A stretch of DNA of 64,000 nt from Gammaproteobacteria bacterium (GCA_030829985.1 JAURNW010000035.1:4091-68090); one strand, 5' to 3'; counted from the stretch's first letter, positions 10,360 to 20,067 are shown. The notes: generated by a model from the letters alone, not told the origin. A program made the numbers and translations.

Positions 10360-10812
10360 ATGTTACGCAGAGACACCCTAAGATATATAACTTCCGGCTC
10401 AATAATGTTGTTCTCGGGATTGTTAAACCCGCTCACAGTCTTTGCTAAATGGAATAAGGCAGCATTTAGCGCCGTAGATTTTGATGAAGCTGTTGCCGCT
10501 TATTTCCCTGAACAAAAAATACAATCGACAGAACAAATTACTATTGGCGTACACCCAATTGTAGAGAACGGCGCCGTAGTACCAGTCAAAATTAAAACTG
10601 ATATGCAAAATGTAGAATCAATAACAATATTTGTAGACAAAAACCCTAACCCGCTAATTGCAAACTTTGATCTTTCCCCCGACTGTATCGGTTTTGTCTC
10701 TACTCGAATAAAAATACAACAACCTTCAAATATCGTTGCCATTGTTAAAAGCGATAAGGGTGTATTTAGCAAGAGCACTTTTATAGAAGTACATGAAGGA
10801 GGGTGTGGCTAA
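10360..10812 (+). CDS. soxY: Thiosulfate-oxidation carrier protein SoxY
   Basis: RR-containing N-terminus (LRRDTL) and a C-terminal ...VHEGGCG swinging-arm cysteine motif. Followed immediately by soxZ. Confidence 0.8.
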   Translation: MLRRDTLRYITSGSIMLFSGLLNPLTVFAKWNKAAFSAVDFDEAVAAYFPEQKIQSTEQITIGVHPIVENGAVVPVKIKTDMQNVESITIFVDKNPNPLIANFDLSPDCIGFVSTRIKIQQPSNIVAIVKSDKGVFSKSTFIEVHEGGCG

Positions 10813-10816
10813 ACTC

Positions 10817-11131
10817 ATGTCCTCAAGCATACGCTTAAAAACCCGAACCAATGCTGGCGTTACCACAGTACGTGCGATTATTCGTCATCCAATGGAGACC
10901 GGCTTTCGAATTGATAATGAAACTGCCGAGATCGTTCCAGCACACTATATTAATCGGGTTATTCTTAAACATAAGGGCAATGTAGTTATGTCTTGTGACT
11001 GGAGCCGCGCGATTTCAAAAAACCCATACCTCTCATTCATGTTTAAAGGCGCTAAGGCCGGTGATAAACTTGAGCTTATCTGGAACGACAACAAAAACAA
11101 CACCGATTCAATTGAAACACTGATAGAATAA
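10817..11131 (+). CDS. soxZ: Thiosulfate-oxidation carrier complex protein SoxZ
   Basis: About 105 aa with a SoxZ-like sequence. Taking the ATG at 10817 removes the apparent 20-nt overlap with soxY in the ORF track. Confidence 0.8.
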   Translation: MSSSIRLKTRTNAGVTTVRAIIRHPMETGFRIDNETAEIVPAHYINRVILKHKGNVVMSCDWSRAISKNPYLSFMFKGAKAGDKLELIWNDNKNNTDSIETLIE

Positions 11132-11163
11132 TTCGTTCCCGAAATTAACTTCGTCTAAATTTA

Positions 11164-12054
11164 ATGCGCGCGATAATAATATTTTGTTTTTTTGTTGTGC
11201 TTGCGTTCTTCGTTGGCGCAGTACTCGCTTACCCGTTAAAATTATTGCTTGATCCAGCACTTGAGCTTGCCTTTCGTAAATACCTGACCTATGCCACGTT
11301 ACTAAGTGGCCTGCTTATCAGCGGCATATATTTGCATATGTATAACTCGCTTTCGTTAAAAGCGTTTGGCTATAGCAAAAACCCACGCGTATTTTTAAAT
11401 AATCTGCTGAACGGTTTTGTCTTTGGACTGACCATCATGCTGATAATCGAAATACTATTGTTTTTACTCGGCGTTCATGAACTGGATGCAAACCGCAGCA
11501 TATCGATACAATCACTCTCACTACTTTTTATTAAAGCAATAATGGCGGGCTTGTTAATTGGTTTAATAGAAGAGTCTATCTTTCGGGGCGCATTATTCTC
11601 TGGCTTATATAAACAAACAGGCGCGGTTATAACTGTGTTCTTTTCCAGCCTGGTTTATGCAACGGTTCATTTTATTCGTTATCGCGACTTACCACCTGAG
11701 ACTGATATCAACTGGCTTACCGGAATAAGTATGATGCCAGAAGCATTTCGGCGTTTTCACGAGTGGTCAATTACAGATTATTTCCTGACACTGTTTATTT
11801 TTGGTGTATTGCTTGGCTTACTAAGATTAAAACATCGTAACATTGCAGCCTGCATCGGCGTTCATGCCGGTATTGTAATGTTAATTAAAATCGGCGATTA
11901 CTTTACCAATCGAACTCATAACAGTAACTATGATTATCTCGTAAGCAAATATAATTCGACATTCGGATGGATGAGCTTTACTGTGATTTTAATGTTTACG
12001 ATTTTTTATTTTGCAAAACTTCAATCCATAAAACACGTCGAATCAAAAAACTGA
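11164..12054 (+). CDS. CPBP-family intramembrane glutamic endopeptidase (CAAX protease-like)
   Basis: EExxxR motif (IEESIFRGALF), FxxxH (TVHFIRY) and a distal H (GVHAG). Polytopic, 296 aa. Confidence 0.8.
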   Translation: MRAIIIFCFFVVLAFFVGAVLAYPLKLLLDPALELAFRKYLTYATLLSGLLISGIYLHMYNSLSLKAFGYSKNPRVFLNNLLNGFVFGLTIMLIIEILLFLLGVHELDANRSISIQSLSLLFIKAIMAGLLIGLIEESIFRGALFSGLYKQTGAVITVFFSSLVYATVHFIRYRDLPPETDINWLTGISMMPEAFRRFHEWSITDYFLTLFIFGVLLGLLRLKHRNIAACIGVHAGIVMLIKIGDYFTNRTHNSNYDYLVSKYNSTFGWMSFTVILMFTIFYFAKLQSIKHVESKN

Positions 12055-12092
12055 ATCGCTCCACTCACTATTAAATGTTTTGGAGATAATGC

Positions 12093-12242
12093 CTAGTCTT
12101 TTGGTGCGCGATTAGAAGCGATTAATTCAGACAGACAAAGTCCGTATAAACCTACGGCATCTTTAGGTTCAATCGTTTCATCCTTATTTTGCGCTAGCAA
12201 ACCAGCGGCAAGAATAGCAGCGATTATATGATCTTCGTTCAT
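12093..12242 (-). CDS. Possible small ORF (49 aa), unknown function
   Basis: ATG...TAG ORF encoding MNEDHIIAAILAAGLLAQNKDETIEPKDAVGLYGLCLSELIASNRAPKD. It is in the 297-nt gap between the CPBP and TupA-like genes, has no recognisable homology, and is not in the ORF track because it is shorter than 60 aa. Confidence 0.15.
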   Translation of the reverse strand: MNEDHIIAAILAAGLLAQNKDETIEPKDAVGLYGLCLSELIASNRAPKD

Positions 12243-12351
12243 TAATAGTTTCCCCTTTTTAATAAATGACTAACAATAAACTGAAGATATATTATAAACA
12301 CAATGTATTATTTTTTTCATTACTCCGGATGTGATCGGTGTATCTGTTAAA

Positions 12352-13164
12352 TTATTTAATGACATCAGGATGAAACAAAACCTCGCCATTTACCTTGAAA
12401 TTTCTAATCAGACTCTGACCTTCCTCGCCTCTGATAAATTCAGAGTATTTTCTCGCAAGATCAATTTTAGTATGTGGATGTTTGGCTGGATTTACCATTA
12501 TCACATGATATGGATTAAACAGAGCCTCATCATTTTCAAAAACAACTCTTAATTTCATTTTATCTTTATAAGCAAGAAAAGTACCTCTATCCGTCAATGT
12601 ATACGCCTCTTTATCATCTGCAATTCGTAATACGACACCCATGCCTTGACCAACTGCAAGATACCAGTCGCCCACAGGCTTATTACCCACCATTTGCCAC
12701 AGGCTCTTTTCTTTTTTATGCGTGCCTGAATCATCTCCACGAGATACAAAGATGTTTTTTGACTGCAACAATTTTTTCATTGCTTCAGTGATATTTTTCG
12801 CATTTTTTATACCTGCCGGATCTGCATCAGGACCAACAATGACAAAATCATTATGCATAACAGGTTTACGCTCTATGCCAAAACCTCCATCAACAAATTC
12901 TCTCTCTGCTCCTGGCGCATGAACGAATATCAGATCAACATCACCATTCTTGCCCAAGCGTATCGCTTTGCCGGTACCCACCGAGATGACATCCAGCTTG
13001 ATACCAAGTTTTTCTTCGAAAGGTGGGTTTAAAATGGCTAAAAGACCTGAATTTTCTGTACTCGTCGTTGTCGCCATTTTAAGTCTTACTTGTTCCGCGA
13101 AGACAGTCCCGGAAGATAAAAGCAGGCACGCAAGTAAAAACTGAAATATATTTTTCACACTCAT
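12352..13164 (-). CDS. Periplasmic TupA-like oxyanion (tungstate/molybdate-type) binding protein
   Basis: Signal peptide MSVKNIFQFLLACLLLSSGTVFA, then the TTTSTENSGLL motif characteristic of TupA/PBP_like_2 binding proteins. The start is placed at the internal ATG that gives the signal peptide. Confidence 0.75.
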   Translation of the reverse strand: MSVKNIFQFLLACLLLSSGTVFAEQVRLKMATTTSTENSGLLAILNPPFEEKLGIKLDVISVGTGKAIRLGKNGDVDLIFVHAPGAEREFVDGGFGIERKPVMHNDFVIVGPDADPAGIKNAKNITEAMKKLLQSKNIFVSRGDDSGTHKKEKSLWQMVGNKPVGDWYLAVGQGMGVVLRIADDKEAYTLTDRGTFLAYKDKMKLRVVFENDEALFNPYHVIMVNPAKHPHTKIDLARKYSEFIRGEEGQSLIRNFKVNGEVLFHPDVIK

Positions 13165-13189
13165 TCGTTTATAACCTTTCTTAATTAAT

Positions 13190-14560
13190 TTAAAACCAAA
13201 AAACAGCCTGTGAATATAAATAGGTCGCATCACTTTTACCCGCACCATCCATTACATCACCGGCAAACAAATGTGCAGCGCCCACCTCTACCCGTATATT
13301 TTCCGGCACTACTTCCCAACGCACACGAGCCTCAATCTGGGTTCCGATGTAGTTGTCTGATTGTCCTGCGACATTAGTAATTCGCGCCGTTGTCCACGCA
13401 TCATTATCAGAGGCTAACCAATAACCACGTAGCGCAAGAAAACTCGTAACATTAGATGCGGGCTTCAATTGCAAGCGAACAGCCGGCGTGCTCAGATTAG
13501 CTCGCGCAAACGGCCCATAAATACTGGTTGGGCCAAAATCAAAACGCCGCGCACCATAGAGTGTATCGAATCGGTTATTCTCACTATCGCCAGGATCATC
13601 ATCCCCACTAGCATAATCATACTGAATAATTAATCTCGGCGACCATCTTGTATCAAAACTATATCCGATTTCAACATGGTGAAAGTATGCGAAATGATCT
13701 AATTCGATTGTTGAAGTCGTTGATGAACGAGATTCGCCAAATTGAAAGATAGACTCTACTTGATAATCAAACTGATTCTTTTTCGGCTCTCTATAAAGTC
13801 GAAATCCTGGCGTGTACAAATCTCGATCACGCGTACTTAAAACACCAGTTACATCTTCTTCATTCAAGCCCAGAAAATAGAACTCAAGCTCATCGCCCCA
13901 CACCAATTTAGCTGGAGAATAATAGACACCCCAAAAACGAACCTGCTCATGCTCCTTGTCAAATCTGGCTTCGTTATCTAAAGCACTACCACTGAACAAG
14001 CGTTGAACGGGCAAAGTATAAAAAAATCGAAACTTCTGTTTGTCAGCGCCTTGCCACTGCCAATCAATGCCGGTAAACCCATTAATTGTATTTCGGAAGC
14101 GATTCCTTGCTACTAAACGGCGGCTACCCACATCCATCGTTATTCGGCCACCGCGAATTATACTTTTACTACCCTGGCCAAGCAGATTATCCATAGGCAC
14201 TTCGATATAGGCCTGCAAGAGCTCTAATGGATTGACAACACTGCCATTTAGCGGCGTTCCAGAATCCGCTAATTCCGCCCGGGAATCCAGCATTTCGGCA
14301 GCAAATTTAATTTGCTTAAAATTAAGCTTGGCCATAACAACTGTTCTAAACACCAGTGCCTGATCGCCACCATTGAGGTTTCCTCGATACTGTTCATCCA
14401 CATTTTCAAACCGTATTCGATGGTGTCCTGATAATGAAAAAACTTCCGGCAATTTCAGTACGTTATTCAAACGCCATGGCTTATCACCGACGTCCGCTAA
14501 TGTGGGCGAGCTATAACAAAGGCAATACAAGCTCAATAAAATTAATTTATAATTTTTCAT
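13190..14560 (-). CDS. Outer-membrane beta-barrel channel, alginate-export (AlgE-like) family
   Basis: 456 aa. Signal peptide, alternating amphipathic beta-strands and a C-terminal aromatic residue (...AVFWF). Confidence 0.7.
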   Translation of the reverse strand: MKNYKLILLSLYCLCYSSPTLADVGDKPWRLNNVLKLPEVFSLSGHHRIRFENVDEQYRGNLNGGDQALVFRTVVMAKLNFKQIKFAAEMLDSRAELADSGTPLNGSVVNPLELLQAYIEVPMDNLLGQGSKSIIRGGRITMDVGSRRLVARNRFRNTINGFTGIDWQWQGADKQKFRFFYTLPVQRLFSGSALDNEARFDKEHEQVRFWGVYYSPAKLVWGDELEFYFLGLNEEDVTGVLSTRDRDLYTPGFRLYREPKKNQFDYQVESIFQFGESRSSTTSTIELDHFAYFHHVEIGYSFDTRWSPRLIIQYDYASGDDDPGDSENNRFDTLYGARRFDFGPTSIYGPFARANLSTPAVRLQLKPASNVTSFLALRGYWLASDNDAWTTARITNVAGQSDNYIGTQIEARVRWEVVPENIRVEVGAAHLFAGDVMDGAGKSDATYLYSQAVFWF

Positions 14561-14703
14561 AATGTCTTAATGCGACTTAATATATGTATTATATTGCATA
14601 TACTTATATTCATTTAGTTTATAGTTATATTCAATATGGTTTTATAACACCTTTTATTTATTATAGTAATATGATGTAATTTACATATTAATCTAACTCA
14701 ATT
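14561..14703. promoter_or_regulatory. Divergent AT-rich promoter/operator region between the channel/TupA operon and the ModE-like regulator
   Basis: 143 nt, more than 80% AT. Contains imperfect dyads such as TATATGTATTATATTGCATATACTTATAT, loosely reminiscent of ModE-type operators. Confidence 0.3.
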
Positions 14704-15768
14704 ATGCGAATCGATTTTAATATCCAATGGGAAACTCCCGGCTCTAAGCAAAAGCTGGATCAACGCTTGTTGCCGCTGCTGGAAAAAATACATCAAAGCG
14801 GATCACTACAAGCAGCGGCTAAAGAAAATAACATTTCATATCGAACTGCCTGGGAGCTAATACGCTATTGGAATGAAGCTTTTCAAACGTCTTTATGTAT
14901 TAAAGAACGCGGCCGTGGCTCGAAACTCAGTCCACTTGGCCAGAAACTTGTAGAGACAAAGCGAAACATCGATACAGATTACTCGAAAACACTGCTAACC
15001 ATCGCAGACAAACTGAATAATGAAATCAAAGAATTAATTGGCCAAAATACTCGCAACAAACCCTGCCTTGTATCTTGCAGCCATGACCTGGCCATTTATC
15101 ATCTACAGTCCATATGTGAAAAGACATGCCAATACGATATAGAATTCCAATCGCGCGGCAGTCTTGAAAACCTGAAGCTACTAAATACACATCAAATAGA
15201 TATCGCCGGGTTTCATTTTCCTGAAGGCGTGTTAGTAGAACACCTCGCCCCCAAATATTCACAATGGCTAGATGACGAAAAACATATATTGATTCAACTG
15301 GCGTCACGTGAACAAGGTTTGATTGTTAAGCCTTCAATAGCAGAGCACGTTACGTCAATTAGCGATCTGACTCGTCGCTCGTTGCGTTTTGTTAACCGAC
15401 AAAAAGAATCTGGTACCCGGGTAATCTTTGATGAATTAATTAAGTTAAATAATATTAATAAAAAAGAAGTGCGCGGCTATGAGAATGAAGAATTTACACA
15501 TACAGCTGTCGCTGCAATGATATCAAGTGGTCATGCAGACATAGGCTTTGGTTTGAAAGCGGTAGCTGTTGAATTTAACTTATCGTTCTTACCACTTATT
15601 ACTGAAAATTATGTTATTGCCATGAAAAAATCCATGGGAGAAAATTTGACAGACCATATTCGAACGATAATGAAAGATCCAAAGCTAAAACGCAGGATTA
15701 ATAAATTACCAGGCTATAGCGCAAAGCTGACCGGAAAAATAATTCACGCAAAGAAACTTTTATCTTGA
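14704..15768 (+). CDS. ModE-N-type winged-helix transcriptional regulator fused to a periplasmic-binding-protein-like sensor domain
   Basis: The N-terminus (LLEKIHQSGSLQAAAKENNISYRTAWELIRYWNEAF) matches the ModE/LysR-type HTH. The C-terminal roughly 230 aa are PBP-like. The gene is divergent from the TupA-like operon. Confidence 0.7.
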   Translation: MRIDFNIQWETPGSKQKLDQRLLPLLEKIHQSGSLQAAAKENNISYRTAWELIRYWNEAFQTSLCIKERGRGSKLSPLGQKLVETKRNIDTDYSKTLLTIADKLNNEIKELIGQNTRNKPCLVSCSHDLAIYHLQSICEKTCQYDIEFQSRGSLENLKLLNTHQIDIAGFHFPEGVLVEHLAPKYSQWLDDEKHILIQLASREQGLIVKPSIAEHVTSISDLTRRSLRFVNRQKESGTRVIFDELIKLNNINKKEVRGYENEEFTHTAVAAMISSGHADIGFGLKAVAVEFNLSFLPLITENYVIAMKKSMGENLTDHIRTIMKDPKLKRRINKLPGYSAKLTGKIIHAKKLLS

Positions 15769-15816
15769 GCGGGTGAGATGGGAAACAATCGGCAAGCCAG
15801 ATTCGAAACAATATTA

Positions 15817-16788
15817 TCAGATGGGGTTTGACTCGGATCTTTTTTCAGTCTTTTCTATAGTCATGCGTTTTTTTGCAAGCTCTATGGTTTCGTTTAAATC
15901 ACGTCTTGTATTTCGCTGGCAAGACCCAATCGAGACAAGAAGATTATTTTTTGCAAATGAATCTCTAAGTTGCACGGTCGTTTTCAATGTGTCCTCTTTT
16001 TGAGAATCGTAAAGAAATATGCCAAATTGATCGCTGCCCAATCTCGCAATGATATCATTTTCATTTCGTCCTTCATTTAAAACACGTGTTAGCTTCAGTA
16101 AGTACTTGTTGCCAGCATCTACGCCAAGCTCAGAACTAAAATGTTTAAGATTGTCCATTTCCAGGACAACTATCGCATATGGCGTCCCTAAATTTTTACA
16201 ACGTGACTCTTCAATCTCCAGAGACCATTGCCAACCTTTGTCATTATAGAGTCCCGTTAATTCATCTTTCTCAGCCAGAAGCCGGGTTTTTTCATATAAA
16301 CGACGCGTTTGTATCAGTTGCACTTCCTGCTGATAGGCGGTCATGATTGATCGAGACATAAGACGAAGCGTAGACTCATACTCATATAGGCTCTCAGATT
16401 TTGTCTCAATGTCTATCGCGCAGAGCGCGCCAAACATGTCGCCGTTGGAGGTGTACAGAGGAATCCCGATGTATGAAGCAATATTGTATTTTTTCACCAT
16501 TGCCAAATCTTTATAACTGTCTACCAAAGAAATATCATGTGCGATATTTGGACCTTCATTTTGCATCATCTTTTTACAAATAGTATTCGACCAGGATATT
16601 GAATCACCGGATTCTAGTTTGAATTCTAGCTCATTACGGTATTTCTCAGAGGCGAGAGCAATTAGATCATTGTCTTGTTGATTAACCCGGAATACCATCC
16701 AGAACCCGAAAGGATGATAGGTGTTGAGGATTTGCAGACTATTTTTAGCGAAGTCCACGAAATTAGAATACGGTATTAAATTGTGCAT
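15817..16788 (-). CDS. GAF-domain signalling protein with a degenerate GGDEF domain (GSDQF)
   Basis: An N-terminal GAF-like region, then DELTGLYNDKGW and RLGSDQFGIFL. The GGDEF signature is replaced by GSDQF, so the protein is probably catalytically inactive or a receptor. Confidence 0.7.
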   Translation of the reverse strand: MHNLIPYSNFVDFAKNSLQILNTYHPFGFWMVFRVNQQDNDLIALASEKYRNELEFKLESGDSISWSNTICKKMMQNEGPNIAHDISLVDSYKDLAMVKKYNIASYIGIPLYTSNGDMFGALCAIDIETKSESLYEYESTLRLMSRSIMTAYQQEVQLIQTRRLYEKTRLLAEKDELTGLYNDKGWQWSLEIEESRCKNLGTPYAIVVLEMDNLKHFSSELGVDAGNKYLLKLTRVLNEGRNENDIIARLGSDQFGIFLYDSQKEDTLKTTVQLRDSFAKNNLLVSIGSCQRNTRRDLNETIELAKKRMTIEKTEKRSESNPI

Positions 16789-16916
16789 GAACTAATCTTA
16801 CTAAAAACTAGTCACCCTGAACATTTTTTTATATACAAATTAAGGGATTAAAAGCGTAGAAGGCTATGATTCTATATAGAAATTATTTATCACTATACGA
16901 ACAACAGTGATTAAAA

Positions 16917-16992
16917 TGGTGGGCCGTGCGCGATTCGAACGCGCGACCAATGGATTAAAAATCCACTGCTCTACCGGCTGAGCTAACGGCCC
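16917..16992 (-). tRNA. tRNA-Lys (anticodon UUU)
   Basis: A 76-nt cloverleaf on the minus strand: GGGCCGTTAGCTCAGCCGGTAGAGCAGTGGATTTTTAATCCATTGGTCGCGCGTTCGAATCGCGCACGGCCCACCA. The anticodon loop is TTTTTAA with TTT at positions 34-36, and the CCA end is encoded. Confidence 0.9.
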
Positions 16993-17181
16993 GGTGGGTA
17001 TTTGTAGAATAAAACGAAGGCGGTTTATGATATGCCTACACAACAAAGGCGGCGATAATACCCAAGAAATGCCTGTGGGTAAATTATAAACTGTAAATGA
17101 TTTGTTAGAACTTGATATTATTCGCCTGCGCGCCTATTTTTTGCTGTATTCGACTTATTACCTATTTGGAGATTTTTATCA

Positions 17182-17523
17182 GTGCCTATATATGAATATA
17201 GATGTGACAAATGCGAACATCGGCTGGAAATTTTGCAAAAGATAAGTGATAAACCAGCTACAAACTGTCCTGAATGCGGTAAGGACAGCCTCCGTAAACT
17301 TGTCTCTGCTGCAGCCTTCAAATTAAAAGGAACGGGCTGGTATGAAACAGATTTTAAAGACAAAAAACCAAAGAGTGAGTCTAAAACCAACAATAATAAT
17401 AAAACGGACGACAAGAAATCGAATGACTCAGACCCTAAGAAAACTGACGCTGGCAGCAAAGAACCTGCTAAGACTACTAAAGAGGCACCAAAAACTACCT
17501 CAAGCAGCACCAGCACCGAGTAA
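17182..17523 (+). CDS. FmdB-family zinc-ribbon protein with a Lys/Thr-rich tail
   Basis: Starts (GTG) MPIYEYRCDKCEH...CPECG, a CxxC...CxxC zinc ribbon. Confidence 0.75.
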   Translation: MPIYEYRCDKCEHRLEILQKISDKPATNCPECGKDSLRKLVSAAAFKLKGTGWYETDFKDKKPKSESKTNNNNKTDDKKSNDSDPKKTDAGSKEPAKTTKEAPKTTSSSTSTE

Positions 17524-17536
17524 GATGTCCCGCTAA

Positions 17537-18190
17537 ATGGGCACACTCAGAAAATATATCATCGCCGGACTATTGGTATGGCTGCCTTTTGCGGCAACGG
17601 TCGTCATTGTCAAACTGGTCGTTGATTTACTCGATAACATTATTCTCTTGTTGCCACCGGACTGGCAACCAGAGACGGTTCTCGGTTTTTCAATCCCTGG
17701 ATTTGGTATTGTTTTAGCTATCTCTATACTTTTATTGACCGGGATGCTTGCCGCTAATTTATTTGGACGGCGGCTGGTTGATTTTTGGGAGGCAATTCTC
17801 AACCGAATACCACTGGTTCGTTCGATTTATAACAGCGTAAAACAGATTTCCAGCACTATTCTGGATTCAAGCGGCAAATCTTTTCGTAAAGTAGTAATGC
17901 TGCAATACCCCAGAAAAGGGCTTTGGAGTATCGGTTTTTTAACCAATGAGTCTGTGGGCACCGAAATCGAGGGGCTTAATGATGATTTGATCGGTGTTTT
18001 TGTGCCCACCACACCTAATCCCACCTCTGGTTTTATTGTTATGGCGCCTCGTGAAGACATAACCGAGCTCGATATGAGTATCGAAGATGGGTTTAAGTTT
18101 ATTATCTCAATGGGCGTTATTATTCCGGATGGCCCCATTCGAACCAAATTAACAACTAATAAAGTTGCGCAAACGGCGGCCGACTCGTAA
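17537..18190 (+). CDS. DUF502-family membrane protein
   Basis: Two N-terminal transmembrane helices and a conserved DUF502-like core. Commonly found upstream of aspS. Confidence 0.7.
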   Translation: MGTLRKYIIAGLLVWLPFAATVVIVKLVVDLLDNIILLLPPDWQPETVLGFSIPGFGIVLAISILLLTGMLAANLFGRRLVDFWEAILNRIPLVRSIYNSVKQISSTILDSSGKSFRKVVMLQYPRKGLWSIGFLTNESVGTEIEGLNDDLIGVFVPTTPNPTSGFIVMAPREDITELDMSIEDGFKFIISMGVIIPDGPIRTKLTTNKVAQTAADS

Positions 18191-18227
18191 GATTCCGCCC
18201 TTTGTTCAGGCCATATGGAAAAATCAC

Positions 18228-20006
18228 ATGCGCAGTGACTATTGCGGAAAATTAAATAGCAGTCATATCGATCAAGAAGTTGAGCTTTGTGGCTGGGTAC
18301 ATCGTCGCCGTGACCACGGTGGTGTTATTTTTATCGACTTGCGAGACCGTGAAGGCATTGCCCAGATCGTGTTTGATCCGGATCGTGCAGATTCCTTTGC
18401 TATTGCAGACTCTGTCAGAAATGAATTTGTCATTCGCATTACCGGAAAAGTCCGTAACCGGCCAGAAGGCACCATCAATCCTGATATGCCCACCGGTGAA
18501 ATTGAAATTCTCGGCCACACCATTGAAGTCTTGAACAAGGCGAAGACGCCGCCGTTTCAGATAGATGATGAACATGTCCACGATGACGTCAAGCTGCGTT
18601 ATCGTTATGTTGATTTACGCCGTCCGCTGATGCAGAACAATTTGCGTTTGCGGTCACAAATAGTAAAAGAGATGCGCACTTTTCTAGACGATCGTGGTTT
18701 TCTTGATATCGAAACACCGATGCTAACCAAGGCGACACCTGAAGGTGCGCGTGATTATCTGGTTCCCAGTAGAACGCATCCCGGTAATTTCTTCGCCCTG
18801 CCGCAGTCACCACAATTGTTTAAGCAATTATTAATGATGTCTGGACTGGATCGATATTATCAAATCGTGCGTTGTTTTCGTGATGAAGATTTACGCGCTG
18901 ATAGACAGCCCGAATTTACGCAACTGGATATTGAAACCTCATTCATGAATGAGGCTGATATCACTGGCATGATGGAAGAGATGATTCATACTTTATTCAA
19001 GAAAGTATTGAATGTTGAATTACCTTCGCCTTTTCCACGCATGAGTTATGCAGAGGCCATGGAACGTTTCGGCAGTGATCGCCCTGATCTTAGAAACCCG
19101 CTGGAATTAGTCGATGTCAGCGACCTAATGAAAGCGGTTGAGTTTAAGGTCTTCTCGGGTCCGGCCAATATGGAAGACGGTCGTGTTGCGACATTGCATG
19201 TTCCTGGTGGCAGCACGCTTTCACGAAAACAGATCGATGATTATACCGCATATATTGCTCAATTTGGCGCAAGAGGCCTTGCCTATATCAAGGTTAATAA
19301 CCTTTCTGCTGGTAGTGAAGGCTTACAGTCTCCTATCTTGAAGTTTTTGCCTGATGATGTGGTCACCAAAATCCTTGAGCGCACAAAAGCTGCTGATGGC
19401 GACTTAATATTCTTCGGCGCGGACAAAACCAAGGTCGTAAATGACGCATTAGGCGCGCTACGTAATCGACTCGGCCATGATCTGAATTTACTCAAAACAG
19501 AATGGGCGCCAATGTGGGTTATCGATTTTCCAATGTTTGAATATAACGAAGATGAAAAACGTTGGGACTCATTACACCATCCGTTTACTGCACCAAACTC
19601 AGATGATATTGATGCGATTAAACAAAACCCCGGAAAAACCTTGTCCCGAGCTTATGATTTAGTGCTGAATGGGACAGAACTAGGTGGTGGTTCAATTCGT
19701 ATCCACAATTCCGAGATGCAGTCGGCGGTGTTGGAGTTACTTGGTATTGGCGAGGAAGAAGCCCAGGAAAAATTTGGCTTTTTACTGGAAGCGCTTGGCT
19801 ATGGTTGTCCTCCTCACGGCGGTATTGCCTTTGGTCTGGATCGTACGGTGATGTTAATGGCCGGCTGTGATTCGATACGTGAAGTAATTGCTTTTCCTAA
19901 GACACAGAGTGCTAGTTGCCTGCTAACTTCCGCCCCTTCAAAAGCAAACAGCAGACAATTACAAGAACTAGGGATTAAACTGGCTAAATCAAAAACACCG
20001 GAATAG
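18228..20006 (+). CDS. aspS: Aspartate--tRNA ligase
   Basis: Start moved to the internal ATG that gives [10 protein letters not shown]..., the canonical AspRS N-terminus. Class II motifs are present. Confidence 0.93.
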   Translation: MRSDYCGKLNSSHIDQEVELCGWVHRRRDHGGVIFIDLRDREGIAQIVFDPDRADSFAIADSVRNEFVIRITGKVRNRPEGTINPDMPTGEIEILGHTIEVLNKAKTPPFQIDDEHVHDDVKLRYRYVDLRRPLMQNNLRLRSQIVKEMRTFLDDRGFLDIETPMLTKATPEGARDYLVPSRTHPGNFFALPQSPQLFKQLLMMSGLDRYYQIVRCFRDEDLRADRQPEFTQLDIETSFMNEADITGMMEEMIHTLFKKVLNVELPSPFPRMSYAEAMERFGSDRPDLRNPLELVDVSDLMKAVEFKVFSGPANMEDGRVATLHVPGGSTLSRKQIDDYTAYIAQFGARGLAYIKVNNLSAGSEGLQSPILKFLPDDVVTKILERTKAADGDLIFFGADKTKVVNDALGALRNRLGHDLNLLKTEWAPMWVIDFPMFEYNEDEKRWDSLHHPFTAPNSDDIDAIKQNPGKTLSRAYDLVLNGTELGGGSIRIHNSEMQSAVLELLGIGEEEAQEKFGFLLEALGYGCPPHGGIAFGLDRTVMLMAGCDSIREVIAFPKTQSASCLLTSAPSKANSRQLQELGIKLAKSKTPE

Positions 20007-20067
20007 AACCGCAACTAAAGTATATTTGCGCCTAAACTTGTCTAACTGAATTAAGTACGCCATAGTT

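Noticed and set aside
10793-10812. Apparent 20-nt overlap or frameshift between the soxY and soxZ ORFs
   Set aside because: SoxZ has an in-frame ATG at 10817 that gives a 4-nt intergenic gap and a normal-length SoxZ. The longer ORF is just upstream read-through to an earlier start-like codon.
11164-12054. CPBP protease as a bacteriocin immunity gene marking a hidden bacteriocin locus
   Set aside because: No small double-glycine peptide gene, ABC exporter or other bacteriocin hallmark is adjacent. CPBP proteins are common housekeeping membrane proteases.
15773-16003. 76-aa + strand ORF overlapping the 3' end of the GGDEF gene
   Set aside because: It is antisense and overlaps a domain-supported gene. 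No ribosome-binding site or homology.
15817-17181. tRNA-Lys as a possible genomic-island integration site
   Set aside because: No integrase, no duplicated tRNA 3' fragment or direct repeat, and no compositional shift. The flanking genes (GGDEF protein, FmdB, DUF502, aspS) look native.
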